Notes: generated from the letters alone by a model not told the origin. DNA of 64,000 bases from a bacterium (GCA_040390065.1 JAZJZE010000009.1:314930-378929); one strand, 5' to 3'. Shown: positions 8,620 through 18,398, counted from the first letter of the stretch. Numbers and translations are program-made.

Positions 8620-10197
8620 ATGCAGAACGCCAAGCTCCTGACTTTCGCCGGCCTCCTCGTGGCCACCGCCTTCGCCGGATGCGCGGGCACGACCGACACC
8701 AGCACGACGACGACGCAGCCGCCGGCACCGGCCATGCCCTACGTGCTGGACTGTGCCATCGCCAACTGGAACGAGACGTGCCTGGCCCTCGCCAGCAACA
8801 ACCCGTCCATCTCCAAGGCCGAGATCGATCTCGCCGTCAACCCGAAGGACTCCATGAACGTCGTCGTGGCCTCGAAGGACCGCGACGCCCTCGCCTCCAG
8901 TCGCAACGGCCAGCCCTGCGTGTGGGCCGTCGCGCAATACACCAAGGACGGCGGCAAGCACTGGAACACGACGTACGTGGGCAAGAAGCTCGCCGACCGC
9001 ATGCCGGGCGACGCGCTCTACGGCTGGCAATGCATCACGGACCCCATCCTGGCCTTCGAGCCGGATGGCACGCTGCATTACTCGCTGCAGGCGTACGCGT
9101 ACCGCCCGCTCCCTGGCGGCGACCCGACCTGCGCCTCCCCCGCCGGCTGCGCCCTGCCCGAGGGCGGCTTCATGTACCAGGCGATCAGCCACGACGGCGG
9201 TGCCACGTTCCCGCAGATCCTTCTCATGCACGTCGGCGACGAGACCGCCATCTTCCACGACTTCATGCGCATGGGCGTCAACCCGGTGACGGGCACGACG
9301 TTCACGCTGTGGGACCAGCTCACGGGCGGCGTCTCCAGCCAAGTGGTCATGGTCGGGGTCGACCACGCGCAGACCCAGGTCTCGCGCCCACCAGTCTACT
9401 TCCCCAACCAGATCTCGCCCCTCGGCCTCGGCGCCGGCGCGGTCTTTGGCGTCGCGGACGGCTCGGCCAAGGGCATCACGTACGCCTGGCTTGCCGGCTT
9501 CAACTCCGGCGGACTGGCCGTCCTCGCCAAGTCCACGGACGACGGCATGACCTTCGGCACCCCCAAACAGGTCTTCACCTGGACCGGCATGGACGGCCTC
9601 GAGAAGCACGGCGACTACACGCCCAAGTACCGCACCGGCACCCTCGTCGAGCTCGCCGCCGACCAGACGACAACCAGCGCCCACAAGGGTTGCCTGTACG
9701 CGGTCTGGGGCGGCAAGGAGACCGTCGACGGCAACGCGACGGTCGGCCCGAGCGACATCTACGTGCGCCGCTCCTGCGACAAGGGCGACACCTGGAGCGC
9801 CCCCGTGCTCGTCAACACGCTGCACCGCGAAGACGGCCAATGGATGCCCCGCGTCAGCGTCGACGGCCAGGGCACGGTCCACGTCGTCTACCTCTCGCGC
9901 GCCTACGACCCCGACCACAACCTCATCGACGCCGAACACGCGTACTCCATGGATGGCGGCATGAACTGGACGACCGAGCGCGTGACGTCGATGAGCTTCG
10001 ACGGCAACCTCGGCATCCACCAAGACGGCTTCCCGTTCATCGGCGACTACATCGGCATCGGCTCCGCCGGCGACCACACGTACATGGGCTTCCCCGACAC
10101 CATCTCCGGCAAGGCCGAGATCGCGGTCGCGCATTCGATGTTCCAGGAAGACCGCATGTCGGTCACGGTCGCGGCGTCGGCCGGGCCCCACCTCTGA
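8620..10197 (+). CDS. Lipoprotein with BNR/Asp-box repeats (sialidase-like beta-propeller)
   Basis: Lipobox FAGC; TKDGGKHW, SHDGGATF, STDDGMTF, SCDKGDTW, SMDGGMNW; FIGDY near the C-terminus. Confidence 0.85.
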   Translation: MQNAKLLTFAGLLVATAFAGCAGTTDTSTTTTQPPAPAMPYVLDCAIANWNETCLALASNNPSISKAEIDLAVNPKDSMNVVVASKDRDALASSRNGQPCVWAVAQYTKDGGKHWNTTYVGKKLADRMPGDALYGWQCITDPILAFEPDGTLHYSLQAYAYRPLPGGDPTCASPAGCALPEGGFMYQAISHDGGATFPQILLMHVGDETAIFHDFMRMGVNPVTGTTFTLWDQLTGGVSSQVVMVGVDHAQTQVSRPPVYFPNQISPLGLGAGAVFGVADGSAKGITYAWLAGFNSGGLAVLAKSTDDGMTFGTPKQVFTWTGMDGLEKHGDYTPKYRTGTLVELAADQTTTSAHKGCLYAVWGGKETVDGNATVGPSDIYVRRSCDKGDTWSAPVLVNTLHREDGQWMPRVSVDGQGTVHVVYLSRAYDPDHNLIDAEHAYSMDGGMNWTTERVTSMSFDGNLGIHQDGFPFIGDYIGIGSAGDHTYMGFPDTISGKAEIAVAHSMFQEDRMSVTVAASAGPHL

Positions 10198-10256
10198 CCT
10201 CGGATGCGACAGGCCGAACGGGCAGCATTAGGACGGAGGGGGGCGGTCGCAGCCCC

Positions 10257-11555
10257 ATGAACTGGTTGCGCGTCGTCGTCACGTTCGGCTTGGTTGCATT
10301 TATGGTCCAAGTCAGCCATCCAGACACCGTGGCCACGCCGAACGGCATGGACCACGGCGGCCTGACGATGGCGTCGGTCGGCTCCACCACCACAGGACCC
10401 TATGTTCCCTCGTACGAATTTATCCGCAACACGACGGCAACGGTGGCCGCCCTGGGCCTGGCCGGAACCCTTTCGCTGCCAGGCGACGCCAACACCACCG
10501 AATCCTTCGCCCTGACTACGACGGACCTGTTCGTCCCCGGCGGAAACGTCATCCGCTACTGGGACGCAAACGGGACTTTCACCACCCAAACCTTCGACGC
10601 GCACACCTACAAGGGGAGTGTCAGCGGCATCGATGGCAGCTGGGCCCGATTCCTCGTTTCGCCCGATGGCATCTACGGGATGGCGGAGGGCGTCGTCGTG
10701 ACGCCAGCGGGAACGCCTGATTTGCATTGCACGTGGAGCTACGAAAGGTCGGCGGACCAAAGCGGCATTTCCGCTCCCGACCGGCGCATGACCGTCGAAA
10801 AAGTGTGCCAGCCAACGTCGTGTCCTGAGATTGCGGCCAACGTTGCTTTCGCGCCGTCCCTACCGTGCCGCAAGGGGCCGTCGCCGGGTGGGATTCCACC
10901 CCTTCCGGCCGGTCTGAAGACCGACCCAAAGTACAAACTTGTCCTTGAGACGTGGGCGGACCACAACTACCCGACCTATGCAGGCGATTTCGCGTCAAGA
11001 ATTGCAAGCGCGGTCAACGCAGGCGAATCAATGTGGGAGGATGAAACGCTGATTACCGTCGTGATTGACGGAATCAACGTGTCCCCATACACGTATTGGG
11101 AATACGAGTGCGGAGGCGCGGGTTCTGGACTTGGTGATAGCGGACTGAAAACCTTTACCGGGTGGGTTCCGTATCGACCGGGACCGAACGCCTACGTCCT
11201 GTTTCAAACCTGGAACGCGCCGGGAGGTGGCGTTTCTGGTTGCGCCCCCGGTCCGGACCTTGCAACCCATGGCACGGCAGACAATCACGAGGCCGCCCTA
11301 GCCGTCACAGCCAAGGACTTCTATTGGTCCGATTCCTATGCCCCGGACAAGACCAGCCACCTGGCCTTGGCCGTGCACCACGAACTGACGCACAATACCG
11401 GGGAACCCAGCCATCCCTCGAACAACTATGGCTGCGGAGGACACGACAACCTCATGAACAATGGGGCCGCGTACTACTACAAGATTCTATGCCGGGTGGG
11501 TTCCACCGAGTGCGTCTTAGAGAACTATTCCTACACCAAGTTGTATCCGATTTGA
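10257..11555 (+). CDS. Secreted metzincin (reprolysin/M12B-like) zinc metalloprotease
   Basis: Signal peptide MNWLRVVVTFGLVAFMV; prodomain YKGSV.G...SWAR; HELTHNTGEPSH (HExxHxxGxxH); NLM Met-turn; visibly lower GC. Confidence 0.8.
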   Translation: MNWLRVVVTFGLVAFMVQVSHPDTVATPNGMDHGGLTMASVGSTTTGPYVPSYEFIRNTTATVAALGLAGTLSLPGDANTTESFALTTTDLFVPGGNVIRYWDANGTFTTQTFDAHTYKGSVSGIDGSWARFLVSPDGIYGMAEGVVVTPAGTPDLHCTWSYERSADQSGISAPDRRMTVEKVCQPTSCPEIAANVAFAPSLPCRKGPSPGGIPPLPAGLKTDPKYKLVLETWADHNYPTYAGDFASRIASAVNAGESMWEDETLITVVIDGINVSPYTYWEYECGGAGSGLGDSGLKTFTGWVPYRPGPNAYVLFQTWNAPGGGVSGCAPGPDLATHGTADNHEAALAVTAKDFYWSDSYAPDKTSHLALAVHHELTHNTGEPSHPSNNYGCGGHDNLMNNGAAYYYKILCRVGSTECVLENYSYTKLYPI

Positions 11556-11557
11556 CC

Positions 11558-11908
11558 ATGGCGGATCGAACGTGGATTTGGCTGGGGGTCGGGCTTTCGC
11601 TCGCTGTGGCAGGCGTCGCGGCGTATGTTATTGCTCACGAAATCCTTGATTCGCCCGCTCACCATTTCACCATGGAATTCACGCTGACGGACCAACCGAT
11701 GCCGGCGCTGAACCTTACCCGGGAGGCCGCGGCCGAGATTAGTCCTGACCTGCCGGCCGTCCTCCAGACGGCCATTGATTCTGGCACCGCCTCGTTTCAG
11801 GTGCGGGACGGAGACGAGGCGCGCGTAATCCAAGCGCTTCACTACGAGACAGTCCACGCCATTCGATATCAGGGGAAAGTACTCGCAATGCGCGGCATCG
11901 AACCGTGA
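11558..11908 (+). CDS. Small membrane-anchored hypothetical protein coupled to the protease
   Basis: ATG 2 nt after the protease stop; N-terminal TM WIWLGVGLSLAVAGVAAYVIA. Confidence 0.65.
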   Translation: MADRTWIWLGVGLSLAVAGVAAYVIAHEILDSPAHHFTMEFTLTDQPMPALNLTREAAAEISPDLPAVLQTAIDSGTASFQVRDGDEARVIQALHYETVHAIRYQGKVLAMRGIEP

Positions 11909-11973
11909 CCCCCCCGGCCCGCGGCCGGTTTCGCTTGTCCAACCTTTATCTCGGGGAGGCGCGTGGCATCCGC

Positions 11974-12648
11974 ATGGCCCCGCTTCGCGCCATGACCGTC
12001 CTGGCCGTTCTGGCCTTCGTCGCACCCGCGGCGACCGCGCACTCGATCCAGTACAACACGGGCATCCCCGAGGGGTACCAGGCGAAGTTCTCCTTCGGCT
12101 TCCTGTATGAGCCCGTGTCGACGTTCCAGAAGACCGGCCTCGACCTCGGCGTCATGGACGCAAAGGGCCACGCCATCACGGGCCTGGACGGCGTCGACTC
12201 GACAGGCAAGCCGTTGGCCAACCCGCCCATGCACGTCCTCCTGACGTTCGGCGACCGCACCCTCGACTTGACGGGCGGCCTCATCCAGCAGACCGACCGC
12301 CCCGGCTGGTACACGTACCCACTCACGCTCACGAAGGCCGGCACCTACAAGATCCACATCACGGGCATGGTCAACCACACGAGCGTCGACTTCCTCATGA
12401 GCACGCACGACGGCCCGGCCCACGACGTCACCGAAGGCGGCGCGACGATGTGGCCCAACGCCGTCTCGACCGAGGACACGCAGGCCAAGGACATCTCCGA
12501 CCTGAAATCCCAGGTTGCAACCCTGCAGGGACAAGTCCAGGAGTTGCAAGGCAGCAAGAAGAGTCCAGGCTTCGACGGCTCCGGCCTTTTCCTTGGATTC
12601 CTCGGCCTTGCTGGCCTAGCCGCCGTCCGCCGCCGACGCGCCGCGTAG
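11974..12648 (+). CDS. Secreted protein with PGF-CTERM archaeosortase sorting signal
   Basis: Signal peptide ending ATA-H; PGWYTYPL...GTY YtkA/FixH-like motif; short coiled coil; KSPGF-TM-RRRR tail. Confidence 0.8.
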   Translation: MAPLRAMTVLAVLAFVAPAATAHSIQYNTGIPEGYQAKFSFGFLYEPVSTFQKTGLDLGVMDAKGHAITGLDGVDSTGKPLANPPMHVLLTFGDRTLDLTGGLIQQTDRPGWYTYPLTLTKAGTYKIHITGMVNHTSVDFLMSTHDGPAHDVTEGGATMWPNAVSTEDTQAKDISDLKSQVATLQGQVQELQGSKKSPGFDGSGLFLGFLGLAGLAAVRRRRAA

Positions 12649-12692
12649 CCACCGTCGGCAGCGCAAAGACCCCCGCCGGCCTGCGACGAGCC

Positions 12693-13430
12693 ATGGCCCG
12701 AGCATCTGACCCTGCACGGGCCGACACGCTCGACCTGGATTTCCTGGACAAGATCCTGCCGTACATCCGGGCTCTGCGCGGCTACACGCGCCTCAAGGTC
12801 GACGGCCTCGAGCACGTGCCGCAGGAAGGACCCGCCATCCTGGCCGCAAACCACACGGGCTGGCTTGGCCTGGACTACGCGCTTGCGGCCCTCATCCTGC
12901 ATGACGAAGTGCACCGCATCCCCCGCGGTCTCGTCCACCAGGCGTGGTTCGTTGCGCCGCAGACGGCCCAGTTTGCCGCCAAGGTCGGACTCACGAAGGT
13001 CAGCAAGGACGCGATGGCCGACGAGTTGCGGGCGGGAAACCTCGTCGTCGTCTTCCCCGAGGGCGAGAAAGGCGCCTTCCGACCGGGTTCCAACTACCAG
13101 CTTTCCGAATTCGCCCGCGGTTTCGTGCGCGTCGCCATGGCCGAGAAGGTGCCCATCGTCCCCGTCGCGATCCTGGGTGGCGAAGAGTCGAACCCGGTCG
13201 ACCGGACCATCGACTCCTACGAGCAGTTGCTGAAGATGCCGATCCCGGTACCGCGCAACCTCATGCCGAAGCCCGTGAAGTGGCGCATCCGCTTCCTGCC
13301 GCCCGTGGACGTTGCCGGCCAGGACCCGGGCGACCATGACGCCGTGCATGGCGCCGCACAAGGCATCCAGTCGACGGTGCAAGAGGCGCTGGACCAGCTC
13401 AAGGTCGAACGCGGCAATCCCTACTTCTGA
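12693..13430 (+). CDS. Lysophospholipid/glycerol acyltransferase (PlsC/LPLAT family)
   Basis: GLEHVP..GPAILAANHTGWLGLD, VVFPEG, RGFVRVA, VPIVPVAILG. Confidence 0.88.
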   Translation: MARASDPARADTLDLDFLDKILPYIRALRGYTRLKVDGLEHVPQEGPAILAANHTGWLGLDYALAALILHDEVHRIPRGLVHQAWFVAPQTAQFAAKVGLTKVSKDAMADELRAGNLVVVFPEGEKGAFRPGSNYQLSEFARGFVRVAMAEKVPIVPVAILGGEESNPVDRTIDSYEQLLKMPIPVPRNLMPKPVKWRIRFLPPVDVAGQDPGDHDAVHGAAQGIQSTVQEALDQLKVERGNPYF

Positions 13431-14026
13431 TCCAAGAGGGCGTTGCGCACCTTCGTGTAGATGCCCCGGCTGAAGAGGTAGCCCCAGTGATGGCTCATCA
13501 CCTTGACGTTGCGCACCCCTTCCTGCTCGAAGCGCGAGTTGCGGCCCGGCACGATGATGCCATCGACGGGGCTCCAGAAATTGGTGACACGGACACCGCC
13601 GGGGATGCCGCGGCGCTCCAGTTCGGACAGCACCGCCGAGCCCGGGCTCGCCTGCCGCGCGACGGGCGCCGCGACGGAGAGCAGGGCGGCCAACTGCGTT
13701 CCGCGGTGCGGCGTCCCGAGCATGACGAGATGGCCGACCTTGCCCCGGGAGGCGCGGCTCTGCAGGTAATGACGCGCCACGAGACCGCCGACACTGTGAC
13801 ACACGAGGTCCAGATGCGCCGCGCCCTCCTTCGCAAGGACCGTGTCGATGTCCTTGGCCAATTCACGTGACGCAAGGCGCAAGTCACCGAACATGTAGCG
13901 CGGCGCGCGGAACTCGTGCACGGCGAAGCCGTCCTCCCCGAGGCGATGCCGAAACAGGTTCCAGTACAGGTGCTGCTGGCCGAGGATGCCGTGGACCAGC
14001 AGGACGGGCGGGCGCTTCGCAGCCAA
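13421..14026 (-). CDS. Small alpha/beta-hydrolase (lipase class 2/PGAP1-like)
   Basis: PVLLVHG, LVCHSVGGLVAR nucleophile elbow, LGTPHRGT, SPVDGIIVP, terminal His. Start uncertain. Confidence 0.85.
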   Translation of the reverse strand: MAAKRPPVLLVHGILGQQHLYWNLFRHRLGEDGFAVHEFRAPRYMFGDLRLASRELAKDIDTVLAKEGAAHLDLVCHSVGGLVARHYLQSRASRGKVGHLVMLGTPHRGTQLAALLSVAAPVARQASPGSAVLSELERRGIPGGVRVTNFWSPVDGIIVPGRNSRFEQEGVRNVKVMSHHWGYLFSRGIYTKVRNALLDQK

Positions 14027-14109
14027 CGGCAGCCGCCAGGCGACGGCGCGGCTTGAACACTTGGCTTTGGCAGCAGAGGCTAAAGCGGGGCCTTGCGTCG
14101 GCGCCCACA

Positions 14110-14556
14110 ATGAGCGATGCGGAGGCCGGAGCACCCGAGAAGCCGGCCATCCTGCGCGAATCGCGCTTCACCGTCGAGGAGGGCGTTGCGTACCGGGCCT
14201 GCCGGACGGGCGCCATCTGGATGAACAAACTGTTCTTCTCCAGCCTCATCCTGCTTTGCGTCTGGCTCGTCTACGGCGGATTGGGCGGCCAGACGGGTTG
14301 CGGGCAATACCCCGTCCCCACGCTCACGACGGGCCCGTACGCCCCCGTCGTCGAGGCCAACCGGACCGTGGACGCCGGCACGCACGCATCATGCAACATC
14401 TTCCTCACGCCGACGTCCGAATTCCTCGCCGCGATGGCCGTCATCACGTTCCTTCTGTCCATCCTGTTTGGTGTGCTCGGCCTCGTGGTCGGCAAGCGCG
14501 TCCTCGAAGCGGCACGCGCGGAAGACGAAGTCGGGGCGGGTACGAAGAAGCCTTAG
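14110..14556 (+). CDS. Two-TM hypothetical membrane protein
   Basis: Two hydrophobic helices around a Cys-containing loop; typical codon usage. Confidence 0.7.
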   Translation: MSDAEAGAPEKPAILRESRFTVEEGVAYRACRTGAIWMNKLFFSSLILLCVWLVYGGLGGQTGCGQYPVPTLTTGPYAPVVEANRTVDAGTHASCNIFLTPTSEFLAAMAVITFLLSILFGVLGLVVGKRVLEAARAEDEVGAGTKKP

Positions 14557-14637
14557 CAGGACGCCTTGGACGGCTCGCCCGCATGGGCCTGATCGCTTGG
14601 TAGACCGTACGGGCTCGGCCGCTTCGGCCCGGGGTAG

Positions 14638-14995
14638 AACACGGATGACACCGATGACGCCGACACCGCCGATGGGACCGCTTCGGGTTGAAGCACTTCT
14701 TGTGGGGTTCGCGACGGTGGCTGGTTGTGGGAGGCCTTGGAGAACAGGAATCAAGTGGAGAGAAGGGGAATGGGTTCCTGTTTTCCCGTAGTCTCCGGTT
14801 CTCCAAGGCCGCCCATGCCTGAAAGACAGCGAAGTCGCCGAAGACTGGAAAGGTCGTTTTCCGCGTTTTTCCGTGGCTTCCTGGTCTTTCAGGCCACCCG
14901 GCGGCCCCAGCCATCGCTTCGCTCGGCTTGCCACGCCCTCGCTCTGCGCGCTTCGCGGCGCATTCGCTTGCCCCGACCGGGGGCCCTTGATGCAT
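14638..14995. repeat. Cluster of REP/MITE-like hairpin elements in a convergent intergenic region
   Basis: 9-nt periodic arm 14638-14673; IR GGCCTTGGAGAAC/GTTCTCCAAGGCC 14733-14810; IR GCCTGAAAGAC/GTCTTTCAGGC 14817-14894; GCTTCGC hairpins 14911-14970. Confidence 0.75.
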
Positions 14996-15077
14996 CCTTC
15001 GATTTCCTCGGGGACGTCGCCGCCGTCGGAGGCTGTGGAAATCGCGCGGCGACCTGGCTTCGGGGGCCTCTGGCGGG

Positions 15078-15383
15078 CTAGCGCGATTCGTTTGCGGCCT
15101 GCATCTCGTGCAGTTTCGCCGCGACGAGGCGGATGACGGCTTCCTTGGAGCCTTGCTTGGAGACGACGACGCGGCCTGAGCGCTCGTAGGGCACGGAGGG
15201 GTGCGCCGCCTTGTCCTCGATGCGCGGGTCGAGTTTCAGGCGCTTGGCTGCAGTCTCGATCCACGCTGCGTCGGGGCCTTTCACGGCGACGGCTTCACTG
15301 ACGCGCCTGCCTTGCCTGCGCGTAAGGGCTGCGTCGAAGTAGTGGGGCCATAGGACGAAGCCCGCTTCGCCCTTCGAGACCAT
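15078..15383 (-). CDS. srp19: Signal recognition particle protein SRP19
   Basis: VLWPHYFDAALTRRQGRRV, AAKRL, HPS...SGRVVV. Confidence 0.92.
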   Translation of the reverse strand: MVSKGEAGFVLWPHYFDAALTRRQGRRVSEAVAVKGPDAAWIETAAKRLKLDPRIEDKAAHPSVPYERSGRVVVSKQGSKEAVIRLVAAKLHEMQAANESR

Positions 15384-15393
15384 CGGGGACCGC

Positions 15394-15774
15394 CTAGGCG
15401 ACCTTGATGCCGGACAGCGCGCCCGATTGGCCCGGTCGGCTCGTGACCTTGACCTTTCCTGCGCTCGTGTCGAGGATGGCGCCCTTCGTGAGGATGTTGC
15501 GGCGCACGTAGTGGATGTTGGCGGGGTTCTCGGTCACCGTCTTGATGGTGGCCTTGGAGGCCTTGCCCGTCTTGGGGTCCATGACATTGATGGAGTCCGT
15601 CGCGAGCAGCTTGACCTTCTGGTGGGCGCCCTTCGTGCGGACGAGCTTCTGGCTGTGCTTGCCGAGCTTCGTCTCGGCGTCTTCGGGGGCGACCTCGAAG
15701 CGGCGCTTGCCGCGGGCTTGGATGAGACGGCCGCCGGAGGGCTTGCGGATGGAGTTGCCTTGCCAGAGGGACAT
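15394..15774 (-). CDS. rps8e: 30S ribosomal protein S8e (eS8)
   Basis: MSLWQGNSIRKPSGG, ENPANIHYVRRNILTKGA, VTSRPGQSG. Confidence 0.96.
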   Translation of the reverse strand: MSLWQGNSIRKPSGGRLIQARGKRRFEVAPEDAETKLGKHSQKLVRTKGAHQKVKLLATDSINVMDPKTGKASKATIKTVTENPANIHYVRRNILTKGAILDTSAGKVKVTSRPGQSGALSGIKVA

Positions 15775-15810
15775 CAGGACACCTGGATGGCTTGGGCGAC
15801 TTGGAGGGGG

Positions 15811-15817
15811 TATAAAT
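15811..15817. promoter_or_regulatory. TATA box between divergent rps8e and MFS genes
   Basis: TATAAAT in a 60-nt intergenic gap. Confidence 0.65.
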
Positions 15818-15834
15818 GCGTGGCGGCTTGCCCG

Positions 15835-17133
15835 ATGCTGATGGCGCAGAGCGGGCGCGTCGCGTCGCGGTTGGTGGTCGTCTGCGCCCTCGGGTACTTC
15901 GTCGACATCTACGACTTGATTCTCTTCTCCATCGTGCGCGTCCAGAGCCTCAAGGACCTCGGCGTCACCGACCCAGTCCAGATCCAATCCGTCGGGGCGC
16001 AGCTGCTGAGTTGGCAGATGGGCGGCATGCTCCTCGGCGGCATCCTTTGGGGCGTGATTGGCGACCGGCGGGGCCGGCGCGCCATCCTGTACGGCTCCAT
16101 CGCCCTGTACTCGGCGGCAAACCTGGCCAACGCGTGGGTCTGGAACGTGCCGTCCTACGCGGCGCTGCGCTTCATCGCGGGCCTCGGGCTTGCCGGCGAA
16201 CTCGGCGCCGCCGTGACCCTCGTGTCCGAAGCGATGCCGGCGGCGCGTCGCGGGTACGGCACCATGGTGGTCTCGGCCGTTGGCATCCTTGGCGCCGCGG
16301 CCGGCTTCGCCGTTGCCAAGGCCTTCGACTGGCGCATCGCGTACGTGGTGGGCGGGCTCATGGGCATCACGTTGCTCGTCGCACGACTGCGCATCGCCGA
16401 ATCGTCGCTCTTTGCCCGCATCGCCCCCAACGCCCGGCGCGGCGACCTGCGCATGTTCCTTGGTACGCCGCGCGCCGGCGGGTGGGACTGGCTGCGCGGC
16501 AACGGCGACCGCCTTCGCCGCCTCGTGCTCACGGCCGTCATCGGCGTCCCCTTGTGGTGCGTCGTCGGCATCCTCGTCACGTTCAGTCCGGAGATCTCGA
16601 CGGACTTGGGCATCCGCGGCGCGGTCGATGCCCCGACGGCCGTGCTCCTGTGCTACGTGGCCGCGTCCGTCGGCAGCCTGGCCAGCGGCACGCTAAGCCA
16701 ATTTGCGCGCAGCCGGAGGACGGCGGTGCTGGCCTTCCTCGCATTCACCATCGCGGCTGGGGGGTCAATCCTGCTGCTGCGCGGCGGCGAGGCCTGGATG
16801 TTCTACGCGGCGGTGACGGCGATGGGCTTTGGTGCAGGATACTGGGCCGTCTTCGTGCAGATGGGCGCCGAACAATTCGGCACCGACTTGCGCGCGACCG
16901 TCGCGACCGCCGTGCCAAACCTGGCGCGCGGTTCGGTCGTCGTGCTCGCCCCCGCCTATGCACTGCTGACCGGGGCGCTGCATCCTGCCGGCGCCGCCGT
17001 CGCCCTCCTTGCCGCCACGGTGCTCGTCGCCAACGTCGGGGCATGGGGTCTTCCGGAGACCTTTGGCCGCGACCTCGACCACGTCGAACCGCTTGCCGGG
17101 CCGTCCATTCGGCCATCCCCGGCGGCATCGTAG
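15835..17133 (+). CDS. MFS transporter
   Basis: ALGYFVDIYDL, GDRRGRR motif A, RFIAGLGLAGELG, EQFGTDLRAT, LPET; ~12 TM. Confidence 0.92.
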   Translation: MLMAQSGRVASRLVVVCALGYFVDIYDLILFSIVRVQSLKDLGVTDPVQIQSVGAQLLSWQMGGMLLGGILWGVIGDRRGRRAILYGSIALYSAANLANAWVWNVPSYAALRFIAGLGLAGELGAAVTLVSEAMPAARRGYGTMVVSAVGILGAAAGFAVAKAFDWRIAYVVGGLMGITLLVARLRIAESSLFARIAPNARRGDLRMFLGTPRAGGWDWLRGNGDRLRRLVLTAVIGVPLWCVVGILVTFSPEISTDLGIRGAVDAPTAVLLCYVAASVGSLASGTLSQFARSRRTAVLAFLAFTIAAGGSILLLRGGEAWMFYAAVTAMGFGAGYWAVFVQMGAEQFGTDLRATVATAVPNLARGSVVVLAPAYALLTGALHPAGAAVALLAATVLVANVGAWGLPETFGRDLDHVEPLAGPSIRPSPAAS

Positions 17134-17183
17134 TCACCCCGGGCACAGAGTCGGCTCACGCCTGGCGGCTTCGCGCGTCTCGC

Positions 17184-17864
17184 CTAGACGGCAGGTGGCG
17201 TGCTGGGCACGGTCTCGTTGAGGCCGATGAAGCGCACGTTCGAGTCCCAGTCGGGGCCGCCCAGGATGTAGCAGGTCGGCGCGAAGCCGGCGTTCTCCAG
17301 TTGCAGCGTGACCTGCACCACCACACCATCGCCGGGACCGACGAGTTGCGGCGTGGCAAACGCGTCGGGCGGAGCCGCGAAGCGGAGTTCCCGATCGCCG
17401 GGCGTCACGGTGCCGAGGCCGAGCGAGCCGCAGCCGCCCACGAAGCCGCGTTGCGTGGCGTTGTGCGTGAAGTAGTACGTCGCCGTGGCCGTGCATCCCG
17501 GATCCTGCCCGCCCGCCTGGACTTGGGTTCCCGTGATGCGCAGGAACAGGTCGATCTCGGCCCCCGTCACGAGGCCCTTGCCGTGCAGGGTCGCGTTCCA
17601 GGTGAACGTCTGCGCTTGGTACGTCGCTCCCTTGGGCGTGAGGATCGTGTGGTTTGCCGGCCCCAGCCCAAGAAGCGGCGGTACGAGGAAGTGAAATCCA
17701 TCCGTCGTCACGTTGGCAATGCCCAGGGTTGCGTTGGTGGCCGGCGGCATCGGCCCGGTCGGTGCGTTCGCAGCTGGGGAGGTGCTCGCATCCTCGGCGT
17801 GACCGGCACAGCCGGCGGCGGCGAGGGCCAAGCCCATGGCGATGACGGCGATGGCGTTGCCCAC
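17184..17864 (-). CDS. Hypothetical lipoprotein
   Basis: Lipobox LAAAGC followed by a beta-rich domain. Confidence 0.7.
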   Translation of the reverse strand: MGNAIAVIAMGLALAAAGCAGHAEDASTSPAANAPTGPMPPATNATLGIANVTTDGFHFLVPPLLGLGPANHTILTPKGATYQAQTFTWNATLHGKGLVTGAEIDLFLRITGTQVQAGGQDPGCTATATYYFTHNATQRGFVGGCGSLGLGTVTPGDRELRFAAPPDAFATPQLVGPGDGVVVQVTLQLENAGFAPTCYILGGPDWDSNVRFIGLNETVPSTPPAV

Positions 17865-17992
17865 GCGGGGCCGAGGCACCAAGGCCTTGAAGGATTTCGT
17901 TCCCTTGCCGAGGCCCGGCGGCCCTTGCCCAACATTGCGTATTAGAGGGTTGCGGGGGCGCTTTAACTAAGTCCAGGGGGCAAGCGCGGGGC

Positions 17993-18391
17993 ATGGATGC
18001 AGCGGCGGCCAAACCCCCGGCCGTCCTCTTGGTGGAGGACGACCCCGTGCAGAGGGGACTTGTTCAGAGGATGCTGGGCCGCCTTGGATGGACGTCCGAC
18101 GTTGCGATCGACGGCGACCAGGCGGTGGCCGCGGCCTGCAAGACGCCCTACGACTTCGTCTTCATGGACATCGAGATGCCGACTTGCAACGGTTGGGATG
18201 CGACGCGACGCATCCACGCGGCCTTGGGCCCGCAGAGTCCGTACATCGTCGCTCTGACGTCGCACAACCGCGCCGCCGACCGGCGCGCCTGCGCCGATGC
18301 GGGCATGGACGATTTCCTCGTGAAACCCGTGCGCCTCACGACGCTTGCCAACCTGCTGGGGCCGGGGACGGGCCGGCACGCTGCGGCCTGA
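17993..18391 (+). CDS. Single-domain response regulator (receiver)
   Basis: LLVEDD, FMDIEMP, IVALT, DDFLVKP. Confidence 0.92.
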   Translation: MDAAAAKPPAVLLVEDDPVQRGLVQRMLGRLGWTSDVAIDGDQAVAAACKTPYDFVFMDIEMPTCNGWDATRRIHAALGPQSPYIVALTSHNRAADRRACADAGMDDFLVKPVRLTTLANLLGPGTGRHAAA

Positions 18392-18398
18392 TTGCGCC

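Noticed and set aside
8346-11555. 1069-aa ORF as one protein
   Set aside because: The first ~630 aa are an off-frame overlay of the BNR lipoprotein; the real gene starts at 10257 with a signal peptide.
14557-15077. SRP RNA or RNase P RNA next to srp19
   Set aside because: No helix-8 or P4 consensus recognised; the region is explained by hairpin repeats. An Infernal search would settle it.
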